DNA of 37,430 nt from a virus (taxonomy: Duplodnaviria > Heunggongvirae > Uroviricota > Caudoviricetes): the IMG/VR virus record IMGVR_UViG_2585427768_000010, one strand, 5' to 3'. This document shows positions 35,279 through 37,430 of the stretch, piece after piece; the first letter of the stretch is position 1, and the number at the start of each line of letters is the position of its first letter. The translations under genes were made by a program, and so were the position numbers. The notes under the pieces were generated by a model. The model was not told the origin of the DNA, made no database searches, and saw only the letters and a list, made by a program, of their open reading frames with translations.

Positions 35279-35419
35279 ATGTCGCAAAAATCGCTTACGG
35301 CCATCACATTCTGCGTGACGGTAATCCTCATCATCTGGATGCTACACGGTTCGCTGTGTGAAATACGGATGAGCTTCTGGGGAGCGGAGTTTGCGGCGTT
35401 CTTACAGTGTAAGCAGTAA
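35279..35419 (+). CDS. Hok/Gef-family type I toxin (46 aa: MSQKSLTAITFCVTVILIIWMLHGSLCEIRMSFWGAEFAAFLQCKQ)
   Basis: Hand-translated; single transmembrane helix followed by SLCEIR and AAFL.C motifs shared with Hok/HokA-type proteins; AAAGGAG Shine-Dalgarno. Confidence 0.6.
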   Translation: MSQKSLTAITFCVTVILIIWMLHGSLCEIRMSFWGAEFAAFLQCKQ

Positions 35420-35506
35420 GGAAACCGCGACGGGGGAGCAATCCCCCGTCAATCGGTTGCTAAGGTTGGCTGAAGTGGCACCCTATCTCACAGACATGAA
35501 CAACAA

Positions 35507-35539
35507 ACCCGCAGCGTAAGAACTGCGGGTTTTCTTTTT
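35507..35539 (+). terminator. Rho-independent terminator downstream of hok-like gene
   Basis: ACCCGCAG-cgtaagaa-CTGCGGGT followed by TTTCTTTTT. Confidence 0.55.
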
Positions 35540-35607
35540 GGAACTATCACTAGCTAGTGTACCGTTAACGGCACATAATGCTCGCACAACAAACCTGTTA
35601 AAAGAGA

Positions 35608-35889
35608 TTACTCAGCATTCTCCTGCTTCCATTGCCGGATCATTTCATCGGTAACATCACCCTCATAACATACCACGTCATACCCTCCATTACGGCTATA
35701 TGCACTGCGTCCACCACATCTACTACCATTCCTTGCATGATTATAAGGACACGCACAATTGCCTGGATAAGATTCAATGGATTCTTTAATTATTTCTTTT
35801 TTGATCTGAGCATCAGACTTTCCTGTTGCTGCATATCCGCTAAAAGATACTAAACAAAGGCAGATTGCCATTAATAAACCACATCGCAT
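35608..35889 (-). CDS. Small secreted cysteine-rich hypothetical protein (about 93 aa from internal Met)
   Basis: Signal-peptide-like MRCGLLMAICLCLVSFSGYAA; the longer 131-aa track ORF has no RBS; start uncertain. Confidence 0.4.
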   Translation of the reverse strand: MRCGLLMAICLCLVSFSGYAATGKSDAQIKKEIIKESIESYPGNCACPYNHARNGSRCGGRSAYSRNGGYDVVCYEGDVTDEMIRQWKQENAE

Positions 35890-36214
35890 ACCGATACACT
35901 CTATTACTAACCAATCATAGCCCACATCATAAAATCGAGATGAGGAGTACAATACCTTTAACAAGAAGGTGTCATAACGATAATATGTCGTGCAATTCAT
36001 CAAAAAAAAGATCTATATCAAAGAGATAGAACTCTTATCAGTGCTTCAGACATCGGCATTCGAGGCAGCAGAAAAACAGTAAATCTGACGAATTTGCCTT
36101 TTCCCAAGATGTTGTCAGATTAAAAAGATAGATTAGCGCAGGTACCTGTTGGTGGATTGCAGGAGGAAAAATGAAGTCGAGTGGAAAAATCCCAGAAAAA
36201 TTTTTGTTTAACAG

Positions 36215-36260
36215 AGGTCCTGGTTCACTATGCGAAATACGGAGGAGCTGCAGAAGAATT
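36215..36260 (+). pseudogene. Degenerate hok-like 3' fragment
   Basis: TATGCGAAATACGGAGGAGCT matches the SLCEIR-coding segment of the hok-like gene (about 25 of 29 nt) in the same frame; no transmembrane N-terminus. Confidence 0.35.
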
Positions 36261-36427
36261 CTGCTTCATCCTTAGAGTTTAAACAGCACGTGCACTACCA
36301 TTGTTTCTGCATATCGCCACACCATCGCCACTCACCCGCCATTGCACAAAATACAAAAAAAAAAAACCCCCCCGAAGGTGGTTTCACGACACTGCTTATT
36401 GCTTTGATTTTATTCTTATCTTTCCCA

Positions 36428-36514
36428 TGGTACCCGGAGCGGGACTTGAACCCGCACAGCGCGAACGCCGAGGGATTTTAAATCCCTTGTGTCTACCGAT
36501 TCCACCATCCGGGC
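36428..36514 (-). tRNA. leuZ: tRNA-Leu (anticodon TAA), 87 nt
   Basis: Reverse complement matches remembered E. coli leuZ sequence (GCCCGGATGGTGGAATCGGTAGACACAAGGGATTTAAAATCCC...CCA). Confidence 0.9.
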
Positions 36515-36526
36515 TCGGGAAGAAAG

Positions 36527-36600
36527 TGGAGGCGCGTTCCGGAGTCGAACCGGACTAGACGGATTTGCAATCCGCTACATAACCGCTTTGTTAACGCGCC
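36527..36600 (-). tRNA. cysT: tRNA-Cys (anticodon GCA), 74 nt
   Basis: Reverse complement matches remembered E. coli cysT (GGCGCGTTAACAAAGCGGTTATGTAGCGGATTGCAAATCCG...). Confidence 0.9.
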
Positions 36601-36654
36601 AAATTCTTCAGGCCTTTCAGCCAGACATCCGCTTGAGGCCGATGTCTTTTAAAC

Positions 36655-36730
<76 letters not shown>

Positions 36731-36881
36731 ATTCATCAAGCAATCAGTTAATCACTTGATTTTATTATCGTCTGGCAATCAGTGCCGCCGTTCGATGCGT
36801 TGCATTCTACTTACCTGGCGCGATGAGTCAACGATATTTTTCACCACTTTTGATCGTTTGCTGAAAATTGCGCCGAAACGA

Positions 36882-37430
36882 TCACTGATCAAGCAAATCT
36901 GCACGCGCAGCGCTCAAATATTGCAACATTGACCACAGAGTCAGTACCGCAGCCACAAAGAAAAGTGCAATACCGGCGTACTCAACCCAAATGTTCGGAC
37001 GCCACAGCAGCCAGGCCAACGCCACCATCTGGGCAGTGGTTTTCACTTTCCCAATCCAGGAGACAGCCACGCTACTGCGTTTACCCAACTCCGCCATCCA
37101 TTCGCGTAGCGCAGAAATAATAATTTCACGGGCGATCATCGTTGCCGCCGGTAGGGTCACCCACCAGCTGTGATAATGCTCGGTTACCAGCACCATGGCG
37201 ATAGCCACGAGAACTTTATCTGCTACAGGGTCAAGGAAAGCACCAAACCGGGTACTCTGGTTCCAGCGGCGTGCCAGAAAACCATCGAACCAGTCAGTCA
37301 CCGCCGCGACGCAGAAAATGAGCGCGGCGGCAAACGGCGACCAGGTGACAGGCAGATAAAAGACCAATACAAAGAATGGGATAAGGATGACACGGAACAG
37401 TGTAAGCAACGTAGGGATATTAAATTGCAT
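36882..37430 (-). CDS. pgsA: CDP-diacylglycerol--glycerol-3-phosphate 3-phosphatidyltransferase (182 aa, complete)
   Basis: Translation [27 protein letters not shown]...[11 protein letters not shown] matches E. coli PgsA; upstream of glyW-cysT-leuZ as in E. coli. Confidence 0.9.

Overview
The window is almost entirely one P2-like (Peduovirus-type) temperate myovirus prophage, running from its integrase at the left edge (1-1002, minus strand) to ogr (34827-35087), followed by what looks like an Enterobacteriaceae chromosomal flank: a hok-like type I toxin gene, a small secreted-protein ORF, the glyW-cysT-leuZ tRNA cluster (minus strand) and pgsA. All calls are from reading the sequence and ORF translations against remembered P2 and E. 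coli proteins; no database search was run. Prophage layout: int, two cargo genes, an XRE-type repressor, a divergent early operon of small ORFs ending in the rolling-circle replication initiator A (5028-7850), an accessory hotspot (7.9-10.9 kb) in the P2 tin/old position, then the late genes Q P / O N M L X holin endolysin LysB LysC / R S V W J I H G, a Hin/Gin-type invertase with three crossover sites and three alternative tail-fibre C-termini, then U T E/E' FII FI on the minus strand, D and ogr. The most notable candidates for something new are the uncharacterised cassette array in the A-Q hotspot (genes joined by a recurring AGGAGAGTGA junction, with a 280-bp direct duplication) and the two lysogen-expressed cargo genes between repressor and int. 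Other non-canonical features are a 626-aa NanS-p-like SGNH esterase inserted after the lysis genes, the multiple-inversion tail-fibre switch, and a 5.6-kb sheath-to-U block inverted relative to canonical P2 gene order. No CRISPR array, rRNA or IS element was seen.
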